Assembly (NCBI GenBank): GCA_004022145.1
Contig: RCNU01000011.1
From: Paecilomyces variotii
Lineage: Eukaryota
Reading direction: 5' to 3' (one strand)
Length of the DNA: 64,000 nt
Notes under the pieces: model-generated
Database searches by the model: none
What the model saw: the letters and a program-made list of their open reading frames with translations, nothing else
What the model was told of the DNA's origin: nothing
Shown: piece after piece, positions 49,401 through 62,231 of the stretch
How the letters are laid out: each line of letters starts with the position of its first letter
How positions within the stretch are numbered: the first letter of the stretch is position 1
Translations under genes and position numbers: made by a program

Positions 49401-50599
49401 TCCCCAGTACTTACTTACCTATCTCCCGCCGGAAAAAAAATCTCAACCTCATTCTCATTATCATTTCCCCTTATCCTCGCCTTTTCTTTCCATTGTCTAG
49501 TAAACAAGTAATACTTCTTCAACCCACATAACAAGAAGAATTATACTCATATACATAATAGCCGATCGATTCTCAGATAAACTTTACGATCCATCCATTT
49601 TGCTTCCTTGCTTCCTTTAGCAACGCTCCCGCAGCCGGGAACAACCACCTGTATTCCAAGTTTCACGCTGCAAGAATGGGCCTATGCACCGTTTATTGCA
49701 TGCGCGAGGAATACACGAGGAAATAACTATCGAGGGCGAGGGAGCATGATAGCCGATATATCACTGGACTGGTTCGTCCACTGGGCTTCGCTATGTACTT
49801 CCCTTATTACTGCAGAGGTGGCCGCTTCCGGCCACTGCGGGAAGAGCTTCCCCGTCGGGCCGTCGGTACCGAAATCCTCCTCCTGTTAGAGAATGCAACC
49901 GCTTGATCTTCAGTGAAACCAGCACCGTCTGTATCATGCTGGCGGGTTGCTGTATCATACTGGTACTTGCTCCATCTACAGAATGAACCGCTATATTCGA
50001 CGCTGTGCACACGCGTAATCGCGATAACCTTTTGAGTTCTTAAGAACCCCATTGCAGAGTCATGAGTCACAGAGCAGTGTAGCTTAACTAGCATATCTTC
50101 TGCTCACTTCGGGGCAGAGAATAGAGAACAGAGGAGAAAACGAGAGCAAAGAACCTCTCCATCAACAGCCCACACGAGATGTTCATATTTATGCGACACA
50201 GCGGTTGCCCCTCGTCGAGGACCGCTCAACAACAATAGTAATGACGAACAACAAAAAGTTACAGACAGATAACCGCCCCATGACAGACCCATCCGACCAA
50301 GCCGTAGCTCATGAACACATTACAGAAACAAACAAAACAGTACAATGGCCCGCAGAGTTGAACCCAGATCGAGAGAAGAAAAAAAGCAAGACTCATACAC
50401 CACTCTTAATGCCCTTTTGTGAAGGAAAAAACCGGCAGCCCCGATTTTATGGCCTTTGAATTGCCGCAGCAGTGAACGAAAAAGACAACTGAAAGGCTGA
50501 TAGCCCGGCCCAAATGAACACTGATTCCTTTCCCTAAATTCCGATTCATCCGCGCAAAAAAAGAAAAAGAAGAAGAAAAAACCAGAGGGGTATCCTATA

Positions 50600-52045
50600 T
50601 TATATCTGCGGCTGCGCAGGAGCCGTAGTGCTCCATGTGGAGATTGGTTGTCCTCCAGGGTAGCTGGAGTGGCCAGCGGGAGGACCTCCCACGTAATACT
50701 GTGGTCGGTCACTGCCCGTATAATAAGAAGCGGGGATGGGATTCGACTCTCGTCGCGAGAGGTTCGGGTCAAAAGGCGAGGGAGCGACACCACGCTGATC
50801 CAGTGACTGCGATGCTGTCCCGTCCATGGGACCCGGTAGGCTGAAGCTACCTCTCGAATATGTAGCCGTGGTCGATGCATCAACCGGGGACGTGGGATCC
50901 GCAGCGACGCTCCTGGAGGATATGGAATGGTTTCGATAGACGGTCGGACTGGTATTTGTCTGGGAGCGGCTTCGATCCGTGATAGGACTGGGCACAACAG
51001 GGCTGATAGCAGGAGGGATAGATGACGAGATATGGTTCTGACTCATCGATTCGAAGCCGGTTCCATATTGAGGAGGACGGAATGGCGAGTAGTCTTCGGT
51101 CTTCGTTTGCAGCTGTCCAGGAGCGGCTGGCGCCGGTAGATAATGATTTGACGCTGGTTGGGCGGGGAGCGGTGCGCTGATCGGATAGCCAGAAATAGGT
51201 CCAGACGGTGGGGGATGTGTAGCGCCATAAGGGGCTCCATGTAGATAATAATCAGGATGCGGGTTAGGCATTGGGTATCCGGGAGGCGCAATGAGTGCCG
51301 GACGATATCCGTACATCGCCTGTGAAGGATCATTCGGGTTCTCCATGCCGGTCTCAAGATCATCAATCGGGGCCCGGAAGCTCTGCTTCTGCGTAAGTTC
51401 AGCTCGCGGTCGGATATACCGCAGAGATTCCACCATAGACGGAGGGTTCAACGCCCCCCGCATCACGTCTTCCACGCTGTAGTATGAAACCAGATGGTGC
51501 GTCACACCCGATACCGTCACGCTCATCGTCTTCTTCACCAGTCCCGAATCCTTGAAGCCGTATGAATCAACCAGCGAACCGACCAGGGCTCTTTCCATTT
51601 CCGACTGCGCCGGTCTGTCTCCAAATCCTCCCGATGACGACGTCGTAGGGGAGGAATAGCCTTGGCCATTGCTCTCCGGCCGTGGGTAGGGTTCTCCCGG
51701 TCTTGTTGCAGTCACTGGGCGTCTGTTTCCCTTCTTCATTGCGCGCTTCTTTTCTCCCGGAGGAAATGGCTTATCCAGCTCGCGATACACCAGGAAATTC
51801 CCCAGTATCCGACTGGGACTCCAAGTCACGCCGTCCGTCCATCGCTTGATCCCTGACGCGTTCTCTTCGTAGATAAAAACGCTGCCGCTACGGACCAGAT
51901 GGCTTCGTTCCCGGTCATGCGGTCGCCGGGGAACGTGGTGCAGGACGCCCGTCAGGCAGGCCTCGAACAGGATCAATGCATCGTGAGTCGTCGCAACGTA
52001 TCCCGTATACGTGGGCTCCAACACGGCCGCGGTGCCGTTGACCAT
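50600..52045 (-). CDS. RYP1: WOPR (Gti1/Pac2) transcription factor of the Ryp1/Wor1/Sge1 clade, single coding exon
   Basis: PTYTGYVATTHDALILFEAC, RRPHDRER, GIKRWTDG..WSPSR..GNFLVYREL, LVGSLVDSYGFK..GLVKKTMS and HHLVSYY; Pro/Ser-rich C-terminus. Confidence 0.92.
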   Translation of the reverse strand: MVNGTAAVLEPTYTGYVATTHDALILFEACLTGVLHHVPRRPHDRERSHLVRSGSVFIYEENASGIKRWTDGVTWSPSRILGNFLVYRELDKPFPPGEKKRAMKKGNRRPVTATRPGEPYPRPESNGQGYSSPTTSSSGGFGDRPAQSEMERALVGSLVDSYGFKDSGLVKKTMSVTVSGVTHHLVSYYSVEDVMRGALNPPSMVESLRYIRPRAELTQKQSFRAPIDDLETGMENPNDPSQAMYGYRPALIAPPGYPMPNPHPDYYLHGAPYGATHPPPSGPISGYPISAPLPAQPASNHYLPAPAAPGQLQTKTEDYSPFRPPQYGTGFESMSQNHISSSIPPAISPVVPSPITDRSRSQTNTSPTVYRNHSISSRSVAADPTSPVDASTTATYSRGSFSLPGPMDGTASQSLDQRGVAPSPFDPNLSRRESNPIPASYYTGSDRPQYYVGGPPAGHSSYPGGQPISTWSTTAPAQPQI

Positions 52046-52972
52046 TGTTTGGCGTTTGTTCAGTTGAAACCTGGGGGGAGATAGCTGGACAAGGATACAA
52101 TATAATCACAACAAAGTTGACCCGCCACAGGGCAAGGTTTCTTGCGACGCGGGTACGCTATAGACGGCTTCTGATTAATCACCTCAAGTCACCCCGAAGA
52201 ATGAAAGTTAAAAAGGAGGGGACAATAATAGGATGTCACTGGCGTAAGGAATCGTGTTGCCAGTTGACTTTTGGTCTCTTGATTTTCTTCCCCCCGTTAA
52301 CATGCGGACATAGATGGATTTTAAAAGTCGGGGTAGCACGATTGGGACGCGTGTGATGGGAGCTCGAGAGAAGGGCGGGGGGTCCTCGTCCACGGAGTTC
52401 AGAAGGATGCGCTCGCGACGACGTAAATGATTGTGTGGAGGATTGATGGTACCTCCGTGACAGACTACGAGGAACGCTGGCTAGAGGATGGGAGCCCGAG
52501 TTTGACGAGAAGCACGGATCTGGTCGTCGACGTTGTCCAGCCGTGGTCGATAGGGGTCCAGAGAGCGCTCAATCTGAAAGGACAGACTGAGAGGGATTGG
52601 TGTCGTTCAGTGTTGGTTCGACGTTGGGGGGGAGTTAGGGAGAGAGCTGGTCGTCCCACGGGATCCCGGCCGATAACGGTACAGCGTAAGTACGGGCGTG
52701 CAGATGAGTAGGCAGCGTTGCGGGCAATACAACGGTGGTTTGGAATCAGGACGAGAATGACGCTGGTGGCCGAGTGGATTGATTTGTATGTTGCTTGGTT
52801 CAAACTCAAGCTAATAATTCTCGTACCACGAACCCCCCGAGGTTAATGCTGAAGCTCTTTTCTTACCGGCGGGGTGCTTTGGATGGGGCCGGTGCTTTGG
52901 GGGGGAGAGGGGATCCGCTAACTAAGCGGGATTGCACGCTTCTCTCTTCTGGAGGGAGGGAACCAGGGGACG

Positions 52973-53110
52973 GAGAGAGGGAGAGAGAGAGAGAGAGAGA
53001 GAGAAGAGAGAGAAGAGAGAGACACAGAGAGTGAAAGAAAGAAGGAAGGAAGGAAAGGAAAGGAAAAAGAAGAAGAAGAAGAGGAAGAAAGAGAAGAAGG
53101 GGAAAGGGAA
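52973..53110 (+). repeat. (GA)n / (GAA)n purine-rich microsatellite
   Basis: Directly visible GAGAGA and AAGAAG runs. Confidence 0.9.
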
Positions 53111-53898
53111 TAATGTAAAGAAAAACAGATGAAGAGCAAAAGCAGCAGAGGAAGCTAGAGAGTCAGCCACGAATCCAGCAGATCGGGAGATAGGGTGACG
53201 GAGTAGGTACAGTAGTTAGTATGGTATGGCGAGGAATGGGTTTGTCTTTTTCAAGATCGGGGGGGGCAGGGCTATGAATGGGAGGCGCGAAGACGAGAGA
53301 AGAGAGAGGCGGGCAGGGAAGAACAGCCGGTGCGGGACCACGAAAAGGACGGGCGGGTGGAGAGGCCAGGCGCGACTAGTGGAGCCGGCTGGACGAAGGC
53401 CGAGATGGCATCGATTCAATTTCGGGCGTTCTGGGAGAGAGAGAGGGAGGGCCTCAAGTCTGGAACGGGTGGAAACCGGAGGAGGAGGAGCGGAGAGGAA
53501 AGGGAAGGGGAAGGGGAAGGATGTATGGTATGGTATGGTATAGGAAAGGAGGGGAGGGGAGGTACCTAGTAATAGGTAGGTAGGTAGGTAGGAGGAAGAA
53601 GAACAAGAAGAAGAACAAGAGTAAAACTAGGAAATCATGGATGACTGCATGGATGTGCAGCAATGATTCCCGAGAAAGAGAGAAGAATAATAAGAGATTG
53701 GACGGGAGAAATTCGAAGACTAACTACTACTGCTGGATGCAATCATAGTGCTCTAGACGCAATTAGTTAATAGCTGGGAGTTAATTCACTTGTAACTTGG
53801 TAACTGGGTTATCTAACTAATTTAATAGTTAATGAGCAGCAATAATACTCACTCATATAACTAGGTAGCTATCCACAATAATAACTAGTTCCCTAACA

Positions 53899-54034
53899 GT
53901 AGTAGTAGTAGTGGTGGTAGTGGTAGTGGTAGTAGTACTGTAAGATAACGACTGCTTAACCAGTGTATCACTAGACTAGGCAAACAGACAGACAGACAGA
54001 TAGACAGATAGACAGATAGACAGACAGACAGACA
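53899..54034 (+). repeat. (TAG/TGG)n and (AGAC/AGAT)n microsatellites
   Basis: Directly visible at ~53899-53936 and ~53985-54034. Confidence 0.9.
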
Positions 54035-54253
54035 GGACTCAGTATGGTAGTCTTTGGTCCTCGAGTAATATATCGGAGACGGACACGTTCAGATCTCTCG
54101 ACGGATACAGCAATTAACTAACTGTTGCAATCGTGAGGGGGAAGAATGCGCACGGGGACACTGGGGGGGTGGACAGAGAGCAGATCCCAGAGAGGCCCGC
54201 GAGCTGGTGGGCCGCAGTGGGCTGAGCAAGTCTTGGGCCAGTAGTAAAACGAT

Positions 54254-54588
54254 CTCTCTCTCTGTCTGTCTGTCTGTCTGTCTGCCCGCGCGGTTGGAGA
54301 GCTACTTAGGACCTATCTAGAGTAACTACGGAGTACTATCTACCGTATGGATATGACAGAAACGTCGAGCATACCATACTGTACTGATAATTTACTATTA
54401 GCTGAGAGCCAATTCCAACAACAGTCGTATAGCCATCTCCCTTCTTTTTTTGGGGGGGTTCTCTGGGGGTTCTCTTGGGGGGCGTTCCTTTTCTCCAACA
54501 GTCACCAATGACTCTAGTCGTTACTACTCTTAAGAAGGGGGGGGGCAGCTGAACTATCCCGCCGTTAGTCGAGGGGGGCCTTTTTCTG

Positions 54589-54620
<32 letters not shown>

Positions 54621-54632
54621 TCTGTCTGTCTG
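54254..54632 (+). repeat. (CT)n and (TCTG)n microsatellites
   Basis: Directly visible at ~54254-54284 and ~54589-54632. Confidence 0.9.
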
Positions 54633-57600
54633 TTTCTCCTCACGCGCTAATGAGCGCCTCCTGGCCCGTGAGCCTTGAGGGGTCGCAGTGGAGACTCGTC
54701 AGCGCCGACAGCCCAACCACGGGTCTGCCCTGATGAAGACAGGATGATGTGCACTTGGCCCAAGCTGCCTGCTCGTTCTGCTCGAGTCGCGCCGTTCGTC
54801 CGTGAGAAACCCCCCGCGCTCAGCTGGGAGTCTACCTGGTGAAAAAGGCAGAGACACGGATCGACGGGTAATGAAAAGAAAGAAAAGAAAAGAAAAAAAT
54901 ACTACAGCAGACAGCAGACAGGTAACAGAAAGAAAAAGACGTTCAAACAATACAAGACAAGACAGTACCCTGAAACAACCAGGGCCACCAGACAACCCCT
55001 GCGGCTGGAGAAGCTGCAGTGCATCAGCTTAGAGGCAACCAGAGCTGATCTCCCCAAGGTGGTCGCTGAGAGGAGGATCTGAAGATCCACGAGCGAGATG
55101 TCTCTTAGCTGGGGGCGTTAGGGCGGACGGGCTCTTTCTCGACGAACGGGGACACTCAAAGCGATCGCGATCATTGGCAAACATGGAAATCCGTTCGGGC
55201 TGCTGGGCACCACTCCGGGCGGTCCACCACCTCGACTCACGATGATCAGACGGCTTCGTCGGCATCAGAATGCGTCTCTGCGTCTCTCCAACAGCACGAA
55301 AACGAGGATCCGGACGGGGCTGGCCATTCTGCCCACGACTAGAACCAGGGACACCTGCGTTATGATGTGATTCGATTCCGATGGCCCTGATCAGTAGTCC
55401 GTTACTTACTTAGACTTATCGACAGCCCCCGACCAAAATCCCGCGCGCTTCCGCCGATGATGCGTGTTTCCAGGGAAATTGAGATTCCCCACCAACGCCG
55501 GCTTGATCCAGCGTCCCCAGAAGCCCATCGCACTGTCCTCTGCGAAACGCATGTCCGGGCTGGCAGACGATGGGGAACAAGCAGGTATGTATTGATTATG
55601 GGCGTTCCTGTTTGGTGTTTGTTTTGATCTCTATCTATCTTCAACGTTGCGCAAGGTTAGATTTGGCTTGCACGAGAGTTTTCGGTAGCTTCTCCAGTTC
55701 TCCAGGGGCCCCGGTTTCTTGAGCTTAGATTGAATTCGTTGCGAAACCTTCGCGGGAGATCCCCAGCAGATCCAGAACGCACGTTAATATAATGACGACT
55801 ATACCGGTCCAGCAATGGCGCGCCTGCAGCCGTTTCATTCTGCTTCTCATCTGATGGCCCGTAGACATCCGGAAAGAGAGGTCCAGACAAGGTCAGACAG
55901 GATCAGACAGCCCAGCGTAAATTGTCCGACAGCAGAGCATCGCGCGGTCATCCCGGTGCTGATTACTAGCAGGTGGCGCAGAGGACTTTTAGGTAGAGGC
56001 GTAGGTTTGGCGCGTGCTTGTTGGAACTCAATTGAAAGCACGGTCCCAATTGAAAAGGTTATCGGCAAAGGAACAACAGCAAGCGTGAACCTTGAAGCCA
56101 ACAAGCAGTGTTCTTATAGAAACCCTCCATGTCCATCAATGTTTCAGGGCAGATCGGAGTCAGTAGGACCTAGTCGGGAATCATCTTCTGCCATCCTTTC
56201 TGGGGGATGGACGGCCATCAGTAATACGATCAATTCCTCCTACAGCCTCGAATCCCGGCCTGAACCGTGGTTTCTGATTAATGAGACAGTGCTTTCGGCG
56301 TCGGGCGGTGCTGCGGTCAATAATGAGACTAGGCCTACTTCACATCCGACATCGAAGAATACGTCGGGCAACTTCCATCGGGTAGGTAGCAGGCAAGTGT
56401 TGCGAGCGACAGGTCGAAAGCACTCACAGGTAAATTCGTGTATGATCACGGATCCTATTTCTTACTGAATATCAAGGTCCAAATCGTCTCTATCGGCCGG
56501 CAGACAAGTCACGTTCGGAATCTCTGAGGGATGGAGAGGTCAGTGGCTGAAGAACGGTGCACTGTTCAGTTCTCAGGCGGCCAATTCGCACAGCTGCCAT
56601 CAACTTCATCTCTGGTAGACTACTTACTGGAGCTGCGCTCGGATAGCTTCGCGTCCTGACGGGCTGGGAGGAGAGAATGAGATCCGCTCCTCGTAACTAG
56701 AGCATCTCCTAAATCAAAGCTACGACTAGTGCAACCGCATCTGTGTGGCTGGAATCGCCCTGGACTCAAGAAGAGCTCTCCACTGGCCATCGTGCTTGGG
56801 AGAACGCCTCGTACCACAGGGCTGGGCTGAGAGATCCGGTCCGATCGGTGAGGCCATTAACATGCGCGAGAGCACGAGGGACATTGATACGAAGTAGGAG
56901 ATGCACCGTTTACCTAGTGGCGATATGATAGTCACAGGCATGCGAGCATTAGGTCGAGGCTCGCAAACACATGCAGATTACTGGTCAACCGCAGTTGCAT
57001 CAACACTGCCGGTAGTGATGATGATAATAATACCATAATGGTGCCTTTTTTTTTCTCGGTCCCCCCTCACTACTAATCATACTACTACTGTATTCAGCCG
57101 CCGATGTACGGAGTTGTAAACGCGAAAAAAATGTGTGGCAACATCATCAATCGAACTCGACTTTTTTTTTCCGGCTGAAATCTGCTGCCACAGACCACTC
57201 TCCAGTCGGCAAGTGGAGGCAAACTATCGAGCAGCAGGAATAGGATAATAATAATCCTGTAGAATCAAAAAAAAAAATGACAGGACGCATTTCTGACCCG
57301 GCCGTAGGGAAACAGAGACAACCTCGTACTCGGCTAGGCGAACGGCCAAGCCAAGCGATTACATTTGCGCCACGACGATATTATTTATCCCGCTGATCCT
57401 ATTACGGCCTTTTTTTTCCCCTCATACCTATCATGCACCAGCCGCGCAGGACGGTCGATTAATTAATTAATTGGGGTTGGAGCCGGAGCTTGCTCATACC
57501 TATCTACTACTACTTAGACACTAGTGCAGGCTTTTTTTCTCCGCTTCTGCTTCGGACGGCCACGGAGCAGGTAAAGTACACAGAACGCCGTTCATCCATC

Positions 57601-60600
57601 CCGTGCCTTTTTCTCTCTCTGAGTCGACTCTCGAGTATCTGCACGTCCAATATATCCAATCCACTTGGCCCGTTGTTCCCAGCATCTACACTCTTGGGAC
57701 CTGCACGTATCCACTCTATCTATCTAGGCCAAATAGTCCCATGCACCTTGGAACAAGCTTGTGCAGTGGCCTGTCTGGGCTTCTGCATAAAAATTAACTA
57801 GACTAAGTTAACTACTGCTGTATGTACGTACCTACCTACAGTACCACCGCTAACTACCAACCTCGTGCAAGGACCGCTTTCCTAGGACCCTATCCTATCC
57901 AGATCATCCACCTGGTGCCTAAGCGCCAAATCCCTCGTTTATCGCCACTCGACTGCACTGCTTCTTCGCAATAATAGATTAAAACAGAAACGGACTAGAC
58001 TAGACTACTTAGTCCCGCGTCTGCATTACAGGGGCAGCAAATAATTGAACTGACGCCCTCCCTCCCTTGATAGCCCAGCCCAGCCCCAATAATAATAATA
58101 ATGACGATGTAGCATCGACCAATGGGTGGATATTTTCCGCCGGAGAAGGATCTACGATATCATGGCATAGGCAAAAAGGATCTCTAGCAAGAGTCGTAGG
58201 AGTGTCGAACAAGGATATATTATTGCCAGAGTTGGTTTCAATCTGCGAGTCTTTGCTGACCTGGGTCCTGCAGGGCCCTTGCAGTGCTACTTAGATACGA
58301 ACGACAGGGGATATTTTTTTTTCTGTTTGTCTACGCTGCTAGTGTCGACATGGTACATGCCAACATCATGAAATTAATAACCATGAGGACATAAACTCCC
58401 TCTTTGTCTCTGTATAGTATAGTAATTGAACTGCAAGAGGACCTACCGTCTGTCGTTGGCGGGAGATCATCTCGTGGGGGTTGGAAATGAGAAATGGCGC
58501 TCGGAGAAATGTGCGTTTTAGATCAAAGACAGCATTACTTAAACTCCAGGGATTAGTTAGTTAACTAGTCGTTAGACTAAGAAGTCTAGTCTAGTTGTAC
58601 TGTTGTATGTATATATTACTGCACGAGTAGTAACTTAGTAGTAGTACCAAAGACCACAGCTACTCACAATAAAATCTCTTCCCGTACATAATTCAACGGT
58701 ATTCATTCGAGAACTCCAAGAGCAGATACATAGCTTCTGATTTAACTTGCTGGCCGGAATGCAAGCTAAGCATTCAGGCACCGACACACGAGTAGACCAG
58801 ATCAGTACCATATTCTTGCCACAAACATCCCATGATCGACATCAATCAAGCTGCCGGAGTCGTAAGGCAAAGGGAGGGTTATTTTCCTATCTAACTGGTT
58901 TGGTAAAAGAAGTAGGTCTCTCAGATCTACCAAGCAGAGTACTTAATAGATACATACACCGGGACCTAGGAAGCCAACCGTAAGTATTGGATGAAACTTC
59001 AACAACATGAGCGTTAGTTACTTATACCGCCTGCTGCTTTTTTTTTTTCTAATTTGGATATTGATTTATTCCTTCTTGTAGTGTATATACAAATTGTCGA
59101 TAGGACTTTACTACTATATACATGGATTCTATCAGCCAAGGTTCTAACCAATTAATCAAAGTTCAAGAAAATGGGCACTTTATCTCGCCTATTATATCTC
59201 TGTGAACCAGTTCAGAAAAGCCAGCCATCTAGGAATAGTACAACAGTAGTACTCTTATACCTCGTGCTAGAGTTATTTTATTTACGATCAAAAATAAGAA
59301 TCAAAGTCTCGACTTGCCATTGTGGAAAATCACCCTCGTTCACAGTTATCCATCATCCAACCGTGTGGCGCGCTGCCCCGTGTCACTTTTCACATGCACC
59401 CCAGTTTCTGTTTTGTTTTCGTCCGAGAAAACAGAAATAAAGGTCCAAATTCAGATCCAGAATCAGCGTCAGAAGTCAGAACTAAAGTGGAGAAGATAGA
59501 ATAAGTACTCAGAGATGAAGAAGAAAAAAAAAAAAAAACCGAGTAGTTACTCACTCCCACACACCTAAGTACCTATTTTCCAAGCGGGTAATAATAACAA
59601 TATACTCCGTACTGTAAATACGTACTCTGATTTCTTAGACTACGACCCAGATCATCGGTGCCTTTTTGCTTTTTCTGCCCTATCTTCTTACTTGCTGGTA
59701 GTGGGTGACTGCGCCGCCGCATTGGCCCTTCCCCTCCAATAAACCCGGCCAACAGAATCAGCGCCCGAAAATCATATTGATCATTGTGTTACCTACCACG
59801 CAGTAGTAAGTAATACCAAACGAATGCGGAAATCTTATCCGCGCGTCTCGTGTGGATTAGCATTATCTAGTATCAACATTCTTTGCTGATCGTCCATGAG
59901 GCGGTGGGTAGCAAGGAGAAGCTCTGGAGAAAGATCTAGACAAGAAAAAAGGAAGAGGTTCAACGCGGTTTGCTTTGCCATTTCTATCCTAGGAGAAGGA
60001 ATGTATGAATTAATGAATGCATAATATGCGAAGTAGATAAGGGTAGCTATACATGAGAACGTCGTTTGCTTTTCCTGAGGTTCGAGGTTCCATAGCCCGA
60101 CTTTTGTTCAGGATGTGCCCTTAAAAACACTCGATTTATAAAAGGAACTACTGAAGCTAGGTAACTAGGTGACTATGAGCTAGGTAGACTCAGTACTTTT
60201 CACTATTAGACTGTTTCTAGCATGCGACGAAACTGTGAAATCGACCCTGTCGTGATTCATCAACAAAAGTTACTTATTTGTTCTATACTATCGTCTATCC
60301 AGAACCCAAACAATATAAGCACTGGCACTACTGTCTTAGATAAGAAATCGTGCTAATAATGAGGTTTCACCAATCTAGAATACACCGCTTAAGTACATAC
60401 ATGCGCCACCAAGAAGATCTACCCAGGTCATGCTGTACTATACTCTGAACCAGATATCGACAGATCACGTCATATATCGCCATACCATATGATAAAACCC
60501 ACCGTTCCATCTTCTTCTATGCCCATTTCAGCTCCATATGGAGGTGTGCTACTATTCCACCGTTTGGAGCTACTGTACCTTGGAACCAATCCAAGCCACA

Positions 60601-61559
60601 TTAACGCCTCGTGGATATTGCGGCTGGCCGGCTTACGTACTTATCTATCATAGGATACTCATCATGTGGTTCTCGATTGAGGGCTTAAGTGGATGGTAAT
60701 AATAGAAGAGGTGTAAGACAATAAGCTGACCGTGGTTGGTATTACTAATGAAGTAGTCTGTATAGGGTTATTAGACTGGCGCGGAAGTAAGTGAGCGAGC
60801 GTTGGGGTGGGAGCCTGATTTCGAGTTCGTATATCTTCGAGGGTGGTTTTGAATATCGCTTGCAATATATTGTTCCTTTAGAGTAGGGTCTTGCTTGGCT
60901 TTTTTTTTAACTCTTTACGCTATTATTAGCACCCTGTAATCTCGTTAGTGTGTACATATTGGCTCTACTTGTCGGAGTCTTAATCCAGCAGCTCAGTATA
61001 TATATGCTCTAGCAAATCTCAAGGAAAATGCAATGCACTCCGTAGTTTGAGTACCTTTATACGATATAAAGAAAATCTGCCCTGTTACAGAGTCCAGGAA
61101 AGGATACAGGGAACAACTGAGCAAGAAATTGTATCATGTTGAACTGAATTATCAAATAAAAGTCGTGCATGCAAACATGGAAATATGTAGAGCAGACTAG
61201 TGATTTCTTTGGAAGAAAATCAAACTGATCCTTTCTTCACTTATGATGATTTACATAACGACAGTCCCGGCCGCGGCGTCGTCCGTCAACTATGTCGAGG
61301 CAATCGAATCAGTAGTTTCCCAATCTCTCTTCGTTGGAGCAACTGAATGAAGAATATCGATTGAAGCAACTACCTCGTTTCCCACTAATTGCTGCAATAC
61401 ATTTGTGCGACACTGGCGAGATACGGCAAGGGTCTGTGGTCTTTTTGTTATATAGAATTTCTAACTTTTCTATATCTATTGTTCAATTCAAGGAATATAA
61501 GGCATTGGCCTTAGAATCAACCATAGAATAGCACCAGGTGGATACAAAGTTCTTCGGCC

Positions 61560-62231
61560 AGAACTCTCCAACGAAATCCAGAGAGGCGAGAGAAATCGTT
61601 TATGAGACCTCCTATCGGAGGGAGAAGAGTACCCCCGCAAGTAACGAAAGTCATTTCAATGAAAGAGCCGGATTCGAAAACTGGAGTGAAAACGCTCAAC
61701 CATCTTGCAACCTACCCTGGTATCCTACGCGACTGGGTCGATGGCAACGGACGATATTTTCTTCAAGAACGCATACTTGGCCACACGCTCGAGCAAGCCG
61801 GGCCTTTATTATGAGCATCCAAGAAAATCATTATCGCAGATCAAGTTATTGATATTCGCAAGTAGTTATGACCCATCACATACTCGTCTGTCCAGAGTGT
61901 CGATCGAAGCCCTTATTACCCGGGGTTGCTTTTCGCTGACCGCCAGCCCCGTGGACCTTTCCACTCTGACTTTGAACTCTGGGACGCGATAAGCCTTGCT
62001 CTCCACAATCTACAACAAAGACCTTAGGCTCGTAGAGCCTTGGAGAATCTGAAGAAATGTCTACCTACATGTGGACCCTATGTACTCACTCATTGTGATC
62101 TTACCTCACGTGCAGCACATGACCGCTGGGAGCTCAGGGGCCTCCTGCAAAAATCCTTTGTTACAAAAAGACTAGACATCACCCACGAGCGAGCTGTCTT
62201 CGCTGATTTCATCAACTATGAACAACAATGA
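61560..62231 (+). pseudogene. Aminoglycoside-phosphotransferase-like (APH/choline kinase-like) kinase pseudogene
   Basis: VKTLNHLATYPGILRDWVDGNGRYFLQERILGHTLEQA and LKKCLPTCGPYVLTHCDL in different frames; the expected N...ILDWE segment after HCDL is missing. Confidence 0.7.

Noticed and set aside
52795-53663. Several low-complexity ORFs (poly-ER, poly-SF, poly-K)
   Set aside because: Translations of microsatellite and purine-rich tracts.
55815-56468. 217-aa plus-strand ORF in the WOPR upstream region
   Set aside because: No recognisable motif and Ser/Arg-rich random-like composition; cannot be supported without expression data.
4599-59611. Recurrent TACTCCGTA/TACGGAGTA motif (~4599, 46251, 54326, 59603)
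   Set aside because: Short intergenic motif I recall as common in Eurotiales DNA; not regularly spaced and not specific to this locus.
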